The notes under the pieces are model-generated. The model did no database searches and was not told where the DNA came from. It saw nothing but the letters and a program-made list of their open reading frames with translations. From Candidatus Thorarchaeota archaeon (lineage in GTDB: Archaea; Asgardarchaeota; Thorarchaeia; Thorarchaeales; Thorarchaeaceae), in assembly GCA_003345555.1 (NCBI GenBank), contig PRDJ01000022.1, positions 1 to 29,011 on the forward strand: 29,011 nt of DNA. Direction: 5' to 3'. Below, piece by piece: positions 1 through 8,953 of this stretch. Each line of letters opens with the position of its first letter. The stretch's first letter is position 1. The position numbers and the translations under genes were made by a program.

Positions 1-1998
1 TCTCTCTTAGCGCATGCCGAAAGGAACACACCCAAGGAGATTATGGATATTCTGTACACAGGTTCAACGTTCGTGCTTACCGAAGTGGCTGGTTTCGGCC
101 ATGTCAGCATCAATTATCCGATGCTATTCTCAGTTGGATTTGACAGAATCAGAATAACGGCAGAAGAACGGGCTCGCGAGTACGGCACAAAAACCGATTC
201 GACCTCGCTTGCCAAAGTTCAGTTCTACAATGCCGCGAGAATCGTCGCTGGCGCTATTGTCAAGTTTGCTTCACGCTACGCCGAAAAGGCAGCAGCCATG
301 GCAAGAGCAGAGAAGAACGTACCGAGAAAAAAGGAACTCGAAAGATTAGCGGAGGTGTGTCGACATGTTCCGGGAAAGCCCCCTAGGAACCTCCAAGAAG
401 CGATTCAGTTCGTTAGGTTCACTCATCTAGCCCTGAGCATGGAAGCATACGATGGTCAAGCCGTTTCAATGGGGCGAATGGATCAGTATCTTCAGCCATT
501 CTATGAAGCAGATCTGAAGTCAGGTACGGTGGATCGAGAGAGAGCTGTACAGCTAATTGAGATGCTATGGATCAAGACCAATGACTTGGTGCCCATATAT
601 GATACTGTGGCGGGGATGTACTTCGAGGGACTGTTGACGACCCAAGCAGTTACGATTGGCGGCATTGACAAGGAGGGTGTCGACTCAACAAACGAAATGA
701 CCTATGTGATTCTGGAGGCGACCAAGAACACGCGCCTTCCCCTGCCCAATGTCCATATCAGAATCCATCGTGATAGTCCCGGCAGACTCTTGACAGAACT
801 AGCCTCGACTGTGGCATCAGGGGCTAACAACATCGCTATGTTCAATGACGAGGTGGTTGTAAAGTCGTGGGAGAGACAGGGAGTTCCCACAGAGGAAGCG
901 AGAAACTACTCCACTGTTGGATGTGTCGAGTTGGCTCCATTTGGAACTAGCTTCACCTCATCAGACGCGGCACTATTCAATCTGGCAATATGCCTTGAGA
1001 TGGCTCTGAATAATGGCCGGAGTATTATGGTTGGGCAAAAGCTAGGGGTCGAGACCGGTGACCCATCGAAATTCGAATCGATGGCCGATGTCATTGAGGC
1101 ATTCCGTAGGCAGGTATCGTATTTGGTCGGATTGATGGCAGACGGTTCCAACTGCTTTGAGAATGCGAACGTCGAGTTGATGCCCTCCCCGCTACTCTCG
1201 CTATGTGTTGAGGATTGTTTTGAGTCGGGTCAAGACATAACGACGGGTTCTGCCAGATACAACTTCACTGGCGTTCAGGGTGTGGGCATGGCCGATGTAG
1301 GGGACTCCTTGACTGCTATCGACCAACTTGTATTCACCCAGAAGAGGGTAAACATGGATGAACTCCTTGACGCATTAAGGCACGGTTTTGAAGAGCGTGA
1401 GTCATTGAGACAGCTGCTTCTGAACAAAGCTCCGAAGTATGGTAATGGCGACAAGCTCGCAGACGACTATGCCCGCCTTGTGGCACGCATCTACAGCGAG
1501 GAAGTAGAGAAACACAAGAACGTGAGAGGCGGATCTTTCATTGCGGGTATGTACTCGGTTACCAGCCACGTGCCATTCGGATACTTTACAGGGGCTTTGC
1601 CAAGTGGCCGCTTGGCAACTACGCCGCTGAGTAACGGTGCTTGTCCTGTAATTGGAGCTCCCGTAAAAGGCTTGACCGCAACCCTTGCGTCCGTGGCGGG
1701 CATCGATCATATGCAATATCCGAACGGAACAGCTCTCACTCTCTCATTGGACCCCGGTATCATGTCAGGAAACCAGGGGCTTGAGCCGCTTGTGAATCTG
1801 CTGAAATCATACGTGAAGCTCGGGGGTATGCATATACAATTCAACTTGATGGACCCCGAAATCCTTCATGATGCACAGGTCAACCCCGCCGCGCATCGAA
1901 ACCTACTGGTGAGAGTGGCCGGGTATAGTGCCTGCTTCGTTGACTTGAGCGAAGACGTGCAGAATGATGTTATCGCTAGGTTTCAGAAATCTACGTAG
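1..1998 (+). CDS. Glycyl radical enzyme (PFL2 / eliminase-like family), 5' end outside the window
   Basis: C-terminal glycyl radical motif RVAGYS and thiyl loop GCVEL. Frame 1 is open from base 1 (SLLAHAERNTPKEI-MDILY), so the ATG at 43 is probably internal. Confidence 0.93.
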   Translation, partial: SLLAHAERNTPKEIMDILYTGSTFVLTEVAGFGHVSINYPMLFSVGFDRIRITAEERAREYGTKTDSTSLAKVQFYNAARIVAGAIVKFASRYAEKAAAMARAEKNVPRKKELERLAEVCRHVPGKPPRNLQEAIQFVRFTHLALSMEAYDGQAVSMGRMDQYLQPFYEADLKSGTVDRERAVQLIEMLWIKTNDLVPIYDTVAGMYFEGLLTTQAVTIGGIDKEGVDSTNEMTYVILEATKNTRLPLPNVHIRIHRDSPGRLLTELASTVASGANNIAMFNDEVVVKSWERQGVPTEEARNYSTVGCVELAPFGTSFTSSDAALFNLAICLEMALNNGRSIMVGQKLGVETGDPSKFESMADVIEAFRRQVSYLVGLMADGSNCFENANVELMPSPLLSLCVEDCFESGQDITTGSARYNFTGVQGVGMADVGDSLTAIDQLVFTQKRVNMDELLDALRHGFEERESLRQLLLNKAPKYGNGDKLADDYARLVARIYSEEVEKHKNVRGGSFIAGMYSVTSHVPFGYFTGALPSGRLATTPLSNGACPVIGAPVKGLTATLASVAGIDHMQYPNGTALTLSLDPGIMSGNQGLEPLVNLLKSYVKLGGMHIQFNLMDPEILHDAQVNPAAHRNLLVRVAGYSACFVDLSEDVQNDVIARFQKST

Positions 1999-2108
1999 TA
2001 TCGATGCGAACACATGCGACTTGACGGAATACGTTTCATCGCCCTCATGCAAGTACTGACGATAATCCAGCGGTTACCTCCTGCGGCTAAATCGCAAGTG
2101 TCTTCTGG

Positions 2109-2696
2109 CTAGTTGCCGGACCCGCAACCCCGCGTAAGTTCCAGCAGTTCCGGCCAGTCTGCGTTGTCACAGTATACCACACGTGCTCGGCGTTTCCAGA
2201 GCTGGAAGACGACAATGGGAAACAGCAGTAAGGGCGCCATGGTCAAGCCGATTAGAATCATGGTAGAGAGAGTCGGAAGACTATACAGAACTCCCGACCA
2301 TGAGACGATTACACCCAAAATGAATGTCGCCAGTATTGCCCACTGCAAGCGATAGAGCGTTCGAGCCAGACTTTCAACCTTCGGCGAGATATCATAGGGA
2401 AGCATGACCATTCGTGTGTCAAGGTCGACGATTGTTCGTGGCTCGATTAGTCCGGATGGGTCTTGCACACCAGCCAGCCAAACTTCATGTCCTGTCTCAA
2501 GAGAAAATGGCTTGCGATTCCTCAAGGACACCCTGTATTTGGTATCGCCCGTCATAAGTGTGAAAGCAGGGATCAGTCTCTCTGCCGGAGCTGGATAGGC
2601 GGTTTCCATCTCGGTGACAAACCCCTTGAACGCGAGGAGTTCATCTGAGGAAGCCAACACCCTTCGAATTCTGCCTGCGAACTCCCCCTCTGTCAT
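2109..2696 (-). CDS. Hypothetical membrane protein (soluble N-terminal domain, two C-terminal TM helices)
   Basis: 195-aa ORF filling the gap, with two hydrophobic stretches (WAILATFILGVIVSWSGVLYSL; MILIGLTMAPLLLFPIVVFQLW). Confidence 0.75.
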   Translation of the reverse strand: MTEGEFAGRIRRVLASSDELLAFKGFVTEMETAYPAPAERLIPAFTLMTGDTKYRVSLRNRKPFSLETGHEVWLAGVQDPSGLIEPRTIVDLDTRMVMLPYDISPKVESLARTLYRLQWAILATFILGVIVSWSGVLYSLPTLSTMILIGLTMAPLLLFPIVVFQLWKRRARVVYCDNADWPELLELTRGCGSGN

Positions 2697-2732
2697 TCTC
2701 TTTCGCCAGCAGCCCCAGTTACCTTGTTCGAC

Positions 2733-3638
2733 TCAGGCCACGATGGTGTTTTTCAGGTAGCCTATCTTATCGACATAGAGCTCAAGCTTGTCACCGGCTT
2801 TCAGGTACTCCGGGGGGTTGCGAAGGAATCCGACTCCTCCCGGTGTTCCTGTCGGAATGACATCGCCGGGCTCAAGCGTGAAGGACTCAGATAACCAAGA
2901 GACGAGCCAGGGCACGCCAAATAGCAAGTCTGATGTGTTCGAATCCTGCTTGATGACTCCATTCACTTTTGAGTACAATCTGAGCCCTGAACCATCACCC
3001 AGTTCGTCCGCTGTAGCAATCGCAGGGCCCATGGGACAAAAACCATCAAGCGATTTGGATCGGACCCACTGAACGTCACTCTTCTGCAGCTCTCTCGCCG
3101 TAAGATCATTTACGATGGTATATCCGGCTACGTAATTGAGAGCGTCCTTCTCAGCAACATCCTTGCAGATTCTTCCGATTACGACTGCAAGTTCCACCTC
3201 CCAATCGAGCTTGCTGGTTACTCTAGGGATTGAAATCGACCTGTCAGGTGCTATGACCGAAGAAGGAAACTTGGCGAATACCAGAGGAACCTTCGGCACT
3301 TCATGGCCTAGTTCCTTTATGTGGCTCTTGTAGTTCGTACCAATGGCGATGATTTTGCCAGGTCGAGGAACGGGGGCTTCGAGCCGCACAGAAGAACGTT
3401 CGTAGGTGAGAGGGCGCTCCTCAGTGGGAGTTTTCATGTACCTTCCCAGAATCTGCTTGACAACCTCAATTCCTGACTCCCAGTTCAGAAGGTCAATCAT
3501 TGTGTTAGGAAACCTGTAACCATGGACGTGGTAAGTCCTGCCAAAACAAGAAGCTGCATCGGGAATGTCAAGAATGCCGTTGTCCAAATCCAAACCAATG
3601 GAAGGAACACCTAGCCTCGAATATGTGACAAGCCGCAT
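2733..3638 (-). CDS. Fumarylacetoacetate hydrolase (FAH/FAHD) family protein
   Basis: Motifs KIIAIGTNY, FAK, LDWEVELAVVIG, NDLTARELQ, KSLDGFCPMGP and GDVIPTGTPGGVG. Confidence 0.95.
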   Translation of the reverse strand: MRLVTYSRLGVPSIGLDLDNGILDIPDAASCFGRTYHVHGYRFPNTMIDLLNWESGIEVVKQILGRYMKTPTEERPLTYERSSVRLEAPVPRPGKIIAIGTNYKSHIKELGHEVPKVPLVFAKFPSSVIAPDRSISIPRVTSKLDWEVELAVVIGRICKDVAEKDALNYVAGYTIVNDLTARELQKSDVQWVRSKSLDGFCPMGPAIATADELGDGSGLRLYSKVNGVIKQDSNTSDLLFGVPWLVSWLSESFTLEPGDVIPTGTPGGVGFLRNPPEYLKAGDKLELYVDKIGYLKNTIVA

Positions 3639-3703
3639 GGACTGAGTATCCCAACCGCCTCATTTATCCGTAGCGCCTACAAATCAAAAACGTGGTGTAG
3701 TGC

Positions 3704-4033
3704 TTGGAACCCGCACCATGTCTTGACGACTTACCAAACGAGGTTTTCGCACCTTTAGGCCAGAGGGGAATGGAGCCAATACCCCTGAAGGAATGTACTT
3801 ACGCATGTGATGGAAAAGAAATCACTCTCATTAGTGTGAAGAAGAGTCCATCGAACATAAAGGGTCACGGACTCGAGAAAGTGACAGAAGATTGGCTCGT
3901 GAAGTGCTCCAAATGCGAAAGGCAATTCACTATTCGATGCAAAATCAGATATGTTGACGGCGAAAGGATTGACACGATGGTGAACCTCATCGACGACAGA
4001 GGTAATGATCTCGGCTGGCTGGGTAACTACTAG
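3704..4033 (+). CDS. Small hypothetical protein with two Cys pairs (CTYAC, CSKC), possible zinc-binding protein
   Basis: 109-aa ORF with a TTG start, ending 10 bp before the dehydrogenase gene; protein-like composition. Confidence 0.75.
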   Translation: MEPAPCLDDLPNEVFAPLGQRGMEPIPLKECTYACDGKEITLISVKKSPSNIKGHGLEKVTEDWLVKCSKCERQFTIRCKIRYVDGERIDTMVNLIDDRGNDLGWLGNY

Positions 4034-4043
4034 GTGATGTAGA

Positions 4044-5204
4044 TTGGTTCGGAAGTACAAAATCGCGGTGCTGCCGGGTGATGGAATAGGTAAGGAGGTC
4101 GTTCCACAGGCCGTCGAAGTCTTGGATGCAACCGAGAAAGCTGTCAACGGACTCAGATTCGAGAAGCACGAATTCGAGTGCGGGGGAGAGCATTACCTGA
4201 GAACCGGACGGGAATGGTCAGAGGAATCTGAGAACTTCGTCAAGAATGAAGCGGATGCGATATTGCTGGGCGCGGTTGGTGCAGTTGCCAACAACGGCGA
4301 ACAGGTGCGGCTTCCGGACGGCAACATGGCAGGATACAGCATCGTGATAGGGCTCAGAATGGCACTCGATCTGTATGCAAACGTACGTCCCGTGAGACTC
4401 TACGAAGGTGTGCCAACCCCGCTTGCTGACAAGGGGAGTAAGGACATTGACATGCTCATAGTGCGAGAGAACACTGAAGGATTGTACGCTCCGATTCGGG
4501 GATATTTGTCGAGAGGAGAAAGCAAGGAACTTGCCGTTGACGTGCGAATAATCACCAAGAAAGGTTCCGAGAGGATAGCGAGGTTTGCGTTTCGACAGGC
4601 GATGATGAGAGACGGTGCTCCAGTGGATAAGGTCAGAAGGGTAACGTGTGTCGACAAGAGCAACCTGCTCTCAGGATGCCAGCTTTTTAGACAGGTCTTC
4701 GACGAAGTCTCAGCAGAGTTTCCACAAGTACAGAGAGACTACTCGTATGTGGATGCCTGGACACAGTGGTGCCTGAGAAGACCAGAATACTATGATGTTG
4801 TGGTTGCTCCCAATGAGTTCGGTGACATAATCACGGACTTGGGAGCTGCAGTCCAAGGAGGGCTTGGAGTAGCCCCGGCCGGGAACATAGGCGAGAAGCA
4901 TGGCATGTTTGAGCCCGTCCACGGATCTTCTCCAAAGCACTATGGTCGGAATGAAGCCAATCCGATTGCTTCGATTCTTTCCGCAGGGATGATGCTGGAC
5001 TGGCTAGGCGCCACGCATCGTGATCGCAATTGCACTGAAGGCGGCAGACTCATTCGCGATGCGGTCGCGACGGTATTGAGAGATGCGAAGACTAGGACCT
5101 ATGATTTGTGCGTCGGCAAGTATGCGAAGGTGACGCCCTCGTCGACTCAAGCCGTTGCTGCAGCAGTTGCGGACGCAGTCGGAAAACAGGCGGCCAAGGG
5201 GTGA
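4044..5204 (+). CDS. Isocitrate/isopropylmalate/tartrate (beta-decarboxylating) dehydrogenase family protein, LeuB-like
   Basis: Motifs [44 protein letters not shown] and [17 protein letters not shown] precedes the TTG start. Confidence 0.95.
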   Translation: MVRKYKIAVLPGDGIGKEVVPQAVEVLDATEKAVNGLRFEKHEFECGGEHYLRTGREWSEESENFVKNEADAILLGAVGAVANNGEQVRLPDGNMAGYSIVIGLRMALDLYANVRPVRLYEGVPTPLADKGSKDIDMLIVRENTEGLYAPIRGYLSRGESKELAVDVRIITKKGSERIARFAFRQAMMRDGAPVDKVRRVTCVDKSNLLSGCQLFRQVFDEVSAEFPQVQRDYSYVDAWTQWCLRRPEYYDVVVAPNEFGDIITDLGAAVQGGLGVAPAGNIGEKHGMFEPVHGSSPKHYGRNEANPIASILSAGMMLDWLGATHRDRNCTEGGRLIRDAVATVLRDAKTRTYDLCVGKYAKVTPSSTQAVAAAVADAVGKQAAKG

Positions 5205-5208
5205 GCCA

Positions 5209-6477
5209 GTGGGAAAGACACTCGCCGAGAAGATGCTCGCCACCCACACCGAGAAAGGAAAAGCTTCGGCTGGCGAAATCGTTGATGCATCCATTGACCT
5301 CTTGATGGTACACGAAGTCCTGGGTTCGAGGATAATTCCGATTCTGAAGGAGATGGGTGTCAAGAAGATCTGGGACCCGACCAAGGTGCTCGTTGTCAAC
5401 GACCATTGGGCTCCAGCGTCGGACACGCAGAGCGCGGAGATTCACATTAGGAATAGGCAGTTCGTGAAAGAGCAGGGTATAACACACTTCTGCGATGTGA
5501 ACTGTGGAATCTGTCATCAAGTATTGCCCGAGATGGGACTTGTCAAGCCAGGGGACCTCGTGATTGGGAGCGATTCTCATTCGACTACATATGGAGCATT
5601 CAATGCATTCTCAACGGGTCTGGCTGCGACAGACAGTGCCCTAATCTTGGCAACCGGGAAGTGCTGGTTCAGAGTTCCCGAATCGATGAAGATACGTATC
5701 AAAGGTCAACTGCCAGAAATGGTGATGAGCAAGGACCTGATACTGAAGATAGTAAGTGACCTCGGAGTCAATGGAGCCAACTATCGTTCGATTGAGTTTC
5801 ACGGACCCACTGTCGAATCCATGTCCGTCGCATCAAGAATGACCATGTGCAACATGACCGTCGAAGCCGGCGCGAAGTGTGGATTGATGATGGCCAATGA
5901 TGCAGTGAAGGAATGGGTCACAACTCGCAATCCCTCTGCTCAATGGACCCCCGTAGCACCTGACAAAGATGCTCACTATGTCGCAGATATTGACATTGAC
6001 CTAGACGCTGAACCTCTGGATCCAATCGTCGCCTTGCCCCACAGCCCAGCGAATGGCAAACCCGTCTCAGAGGTCGAGGGATTGCACGTAGATCAGGCCT
6101 TCATAGGTTCTTGTACCAATGGTCGTCTAGAAGATCTTGAGATAGCGGCCCGTATTCTGAAGGGAAGGAAAGTCCATCAAGACGTTCGCCTGATTATTAC
6201 CCCAGCCAGCCAGGAGACCTATGTCGATGCCCTAAGGGCAGGCTACATAGACACATTTCTCAGCGCTGGCGCGGTCTTTACTAACTCGACCTGTGGTGCT
6301 TGCATCGGGGGTCATCTGGGTGTGCTGGGACCGGGCGAAATCTGCATCTCAAGCACGAACAGAAACTTCAGGGGTCGGATGGGGCACCCCGATTCCAAGG
6401 TCTACCTCGCATCCCCCGCAACGGTTGCCGCCACTGCAGTGAAGGGAGTCATCACGGATCCTCGGAGGCTCATATGA
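5209..6477 (+). CDS. leuC: 3-isopropylmalate dehydratase / homoaconitase family large subunit (archaeal type, about 422 aa)
   Basis: MGKTLAEK start (GTG at 5209 after GGGGTGA; the ORF track extends it to 5155). Motifs GICHQ, DSHSTTYGA, FIGSCTNGR, CGACIGGH and STNRNFRGRMG; the three Fe-S Cys are present. Confidence 0.93.
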   Translation: MGKTLAEKMLATHTEKGKASAGEIVDASIDLLMVHEVLGSRIIPILKEMGVKKIWDPTKVLVVNDHWAPASDTQSAEIHIRNRQFVKEQGITHFCDVNCGICHQVLPEMGLVKPGDLVIGSDSHSTTYGAFNAFSTGLAATDSALILATGKCWFRVPESMKIRIKGQLPEMVMSKDLILKIVSDLGVNGANYRSIEFHGPTVESMSVASRMTMCNMTVEAGAKCGLMMANDAVKEWVTTRNPSAQWTPVAPDKDAHYVADIDIDLDAEPLDPIVALPHSPANGKPVSEVEGLHVDQAFIGSCTNGRLEDLEIAARILKGRKVHQDVRLIITPASQETYVDALRAGYIDTFLSAGAVFTNSTCGACIGGHLGVLGPGEICISSTNRNFRGRMGHPDSKVYLASPATVAATAVKGVITDPRRLI

Positions 6478-6992
6478 TGTCGACCAGTTTGAAACCAGTC
6501 CGTGGAAGGGCATGGCTCTTTGGCGATAATGTGGATACGGATCAAATCATCCAAGGGCGGTACCTGACCTTGCTCGACTACTCCGAGATGGCCAAGCATG
6601 CGTTTGAGATACCGAGACCAGAGTTTTCTCGAAATGTGAGGAAGAACGACATTGTCGTGGCAGGAAACAACTTCGGAGGAGGATCGTCCAGAGAGGAAGC
6701 TCCACGGGTACTGTCTCAGCTGGGTGTGGGTTGCGTCTTGGCCCAGTCGTTCGCCCGGCTCTTTTATCGCAATGCAATCAACATAGGGCTGCCCGTGCTC
6801 ATGATACCCAACGTGACGCACTCAGTCAATGACGGCATGACCTTGGATGTCAACATCATCAAGTCTGCTGTCATAATCAAGGAAACAGGCGAGACGCTAA
6901 GTGGACAACCACTGTCACGGATGGTGCTCGATATCCTCCAAGCGGGCGGCGCTGTAGCTTGGTTTCGCAAAGTGAAGGAATCCCGAAAGTAG
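6474..6992 (+). CDS. leuD: 3-isopropylmalate dehydratase / homoaconitase family small subunit
   Basis: Motifs GDNVDTDQII, AGNNFGGGSSREEA and SFARLFYRNAINIGL. The ATG at 6474 overlaps the leuC stop (ATGA) and follows GGAGG. Confidence 0.93.
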   Translation: MMSTSLKPVRGRAWLFGDNVDTDQIIQGRYLTLLDYSEMAKHAFEIPRPEFSRNVRKNDIVVAGNNFGGGSSREEAPRVLSQLGVGCVLAQSFARLFYRNAINIGLPVLMIPNVTHSVNDGMTLDVNIIKSAVIIKETGETLSGQPLSRMVLDILQAGGAVAWFRKVKESRK

Positions 6993-7100
6993 TAGACCTT
7001 CGCCCATTCCGCTCTCGCCGCTAGTCCCTGAATTGCAAAACGCTATAAACGATAGGTAGAGAACGAACTCCCAAGTCGGACCCTGTTCGGTGAATCAACA

Positions 7101-8876
7101 ATGAACGTCGTACTCTTCCTTCTGATTTCGCTATTGTTGCACTCAATACCAATCCCATTCTCTACCTCGATGCTGAGTCCGAAGAGGCTGATAAGGTGGC
7201 TTCCGTTCAGACTTGTCTGGGGGACAGTCGCTTGGATTGTGATATGTCTCGCCCTTGCCGAAACCCTGCCGTGGGCGATTCTAACATTGCTGCTCAGCTT
7301 CGGGATGCTTCTTGTTGTCTCAAGCGGCTTTCGTCCTAGACGGCTATGGGGTCTAGCGGACTCCGGAGTGAAGATGCCAATAATGTGCGTCGGATTCCTT
7401 CTCATCTTGGTCATACCATCGTTCTCCGGCATCATAGGTTGGACATCGGACGTTTCGAATGCCAGTTCTTTCAACTCTATGATTACTGCCGGGGAAGGGC
7501 CGTTGTTTTCATCACCCATCCCAGATGAAAAGGTGAGACTGGTGACTCAGGAATATGCAACATACGTCGCGAATCAGCATCTTTCGCCATTCGGGTCGAA
7601 TGTTCTGGTAGCATCAGCCCATATCACTACGCGACTGGGACGCCTTGTATGGGTCTGTACGATAGTATCATCGAACGTCCTCGCAGAGAACTTCCTGAAG
7701 GGATTCATCATTGTCGATGCCAACGACCCGCAGACAGTAAGCCCTGTTCTTATCAACCAGACCTCAATTCCGGTCGGAGAGGGATTGTTCTGGGATCGCA
7801 ACATACAGTTTGGCAACTATCTCAATGATATGTCCGCTAGTTACGAATACGCCTACCCCACGTGGGATCCCGTCGGCAATATGGTGTACGTGCAAACCCG
7901 AACACCCCTGAGCTTTGACTTTGTCGAACGTGCTATAGGGCCAGTCGTGTACTGCGAGAATGGAACTATAGTGAGCTATCCATCAATCGCTGACACGCCC
8001 AAGTGGATTACTCAGGCTTACGCTGAGGAGTGGTTAGAGCGGCAAGTCACCAGGTGGGGCAGCTACCGGAGAGGTACCGGCTTTGATCTCTTTGCAGGGG
8101 GCTTTCTCTGGTTCATCGCTCCATCCAACGAAAGACTCGAGATATCTGAGGACACGCGGTACATTCTGAATCCTGAAACCGACACCGTTGAAGCATTCAT
8201 CTGTGTTCATCCGGTAACAAGCTCCAGGGCTCTCGCGGGGATCTTCAGGGCCACCCACGATACAGTGTACTACTATGACATGAGTTCGTCTGGATACATT
8301 AGTGGTGAAGCTGCAAAGGCTAATGTCGTGTCTCAGTTGCCCCCACCTGCCACGGGCACGTACTATGGCGCCATGCCTCTGCTATATCCGGTTCAGATAA
8401 GTCCCTCGGAAACAAAGTGGACTTGGTACTGTCCGATCTACTGGGCAGACGGCGTTTACGATGACTCCGAATTCTATGTGTCAGATATGAGATTGCATGC
8501 GCTTGCTCTCGTAGACGCAGCGAATGTCGACAAGTTCTATATTCAGGAGTTAGGCGGCACACTTTCGGGGCCAAGCCTCGTCCAGGCAACACGGGAAGGT
8601 TACATAACAACTCTCGGAGGAACAGTGGAAGAGCCACAGGACACATTCGAGCTGACAGCTACTGTCGTTAACAAGACTCAGTACGTCGAAGGAGGCAATA
8701 CACACATCGTCCTAGGAACCAGCAATGCAACGTATGCGTACATTGAGGGTGCCCGGGCGTGGATGAACCTGAGCGATTGGTACACACTCTTGAACCTCAG
8801 CGTGAGTGACAACTTCACGGCCACTATTCACGTGGTAGAAGGGCAGTACCAGATAATCGCCATTGTCAAGAACTAG
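7101..8876 (+). CDS. Hypothetical membrane protein with N-terminal TM helices and a large extracytoplasmic domain
   Basis: 591-aa ORF with GGTGA SD, about 4 hydrophobic segments in the first 115 aa, then a Tyr/Trp/Thr-rich domain with N-x-S/T sequons. Confidence 0.85.
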   Translation: MNVVLFLLISLLLHSIPIPFSTSMLSPKRLIRWLPFRLVWGTVAWIVICLALAETLPWAILTLLLSFGMLLVVSSGFRPRRLWGLADSGVKMPIMCVGFLLILVIPSFSGIIGWTSDVSNASSFNSMITAGEGPLFSSPIPDEKVRLVTQEYATYVANQHLSPFGSNVLVASAHITTRLGRLVWVCTIVSSNVLAENFLKGFIIVDANDPQTVSPVLINQTSIPVGEGLFWDRNIQFGNYLNDMSASYEYAYPTWDPVGNMVYVQTRTPLSFDFVERAIGPVVYCENGTIVSYPSIADTPKWITQAYAEEWLERQVTRWGSYRRGTGFDLFAGGFLWFIAPSNERLEISEDTRYILNPETDTVEAFICVHPVTSSRALAGIFRATHDTVYYYDMSSSGYISGEAAKANVVSQLPPPATGTYYGAMPLLYPVQISPSETKWTWYCPIYWADGVYDDSEFYVSDMRLHALALVDAANVDKFYIQELGGTLSGPSLVQATREGYITTLGGTVEEPQDTFELTATVVNKTQYVEGGNTHIVLGTSNATYAYIEGARAWMNLSDWYTLLNLSVSDNFTATIHVVEGQYQIIAIVKN

Positions 8877-8880
8877 GAAC

Positions 8881-8903
8881 AAGGGGGTCTGCGGCCCCCC
8901 CTT
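8881..8903. terminator. GC-rich hairpin between convergent genes, followed by a pyrimidine tract
   Basis: AAGGGGG-tctgcggcc-CCCCCTT immediately after the 8876 stop, followed by CCTTCTCTTCTC. Confidence 0.5.
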
Positions 8904-8953
8904 CCTTCTCTTCTCAAGGATGAATATCACCCGACAGGTGACCTGCCGACTTT

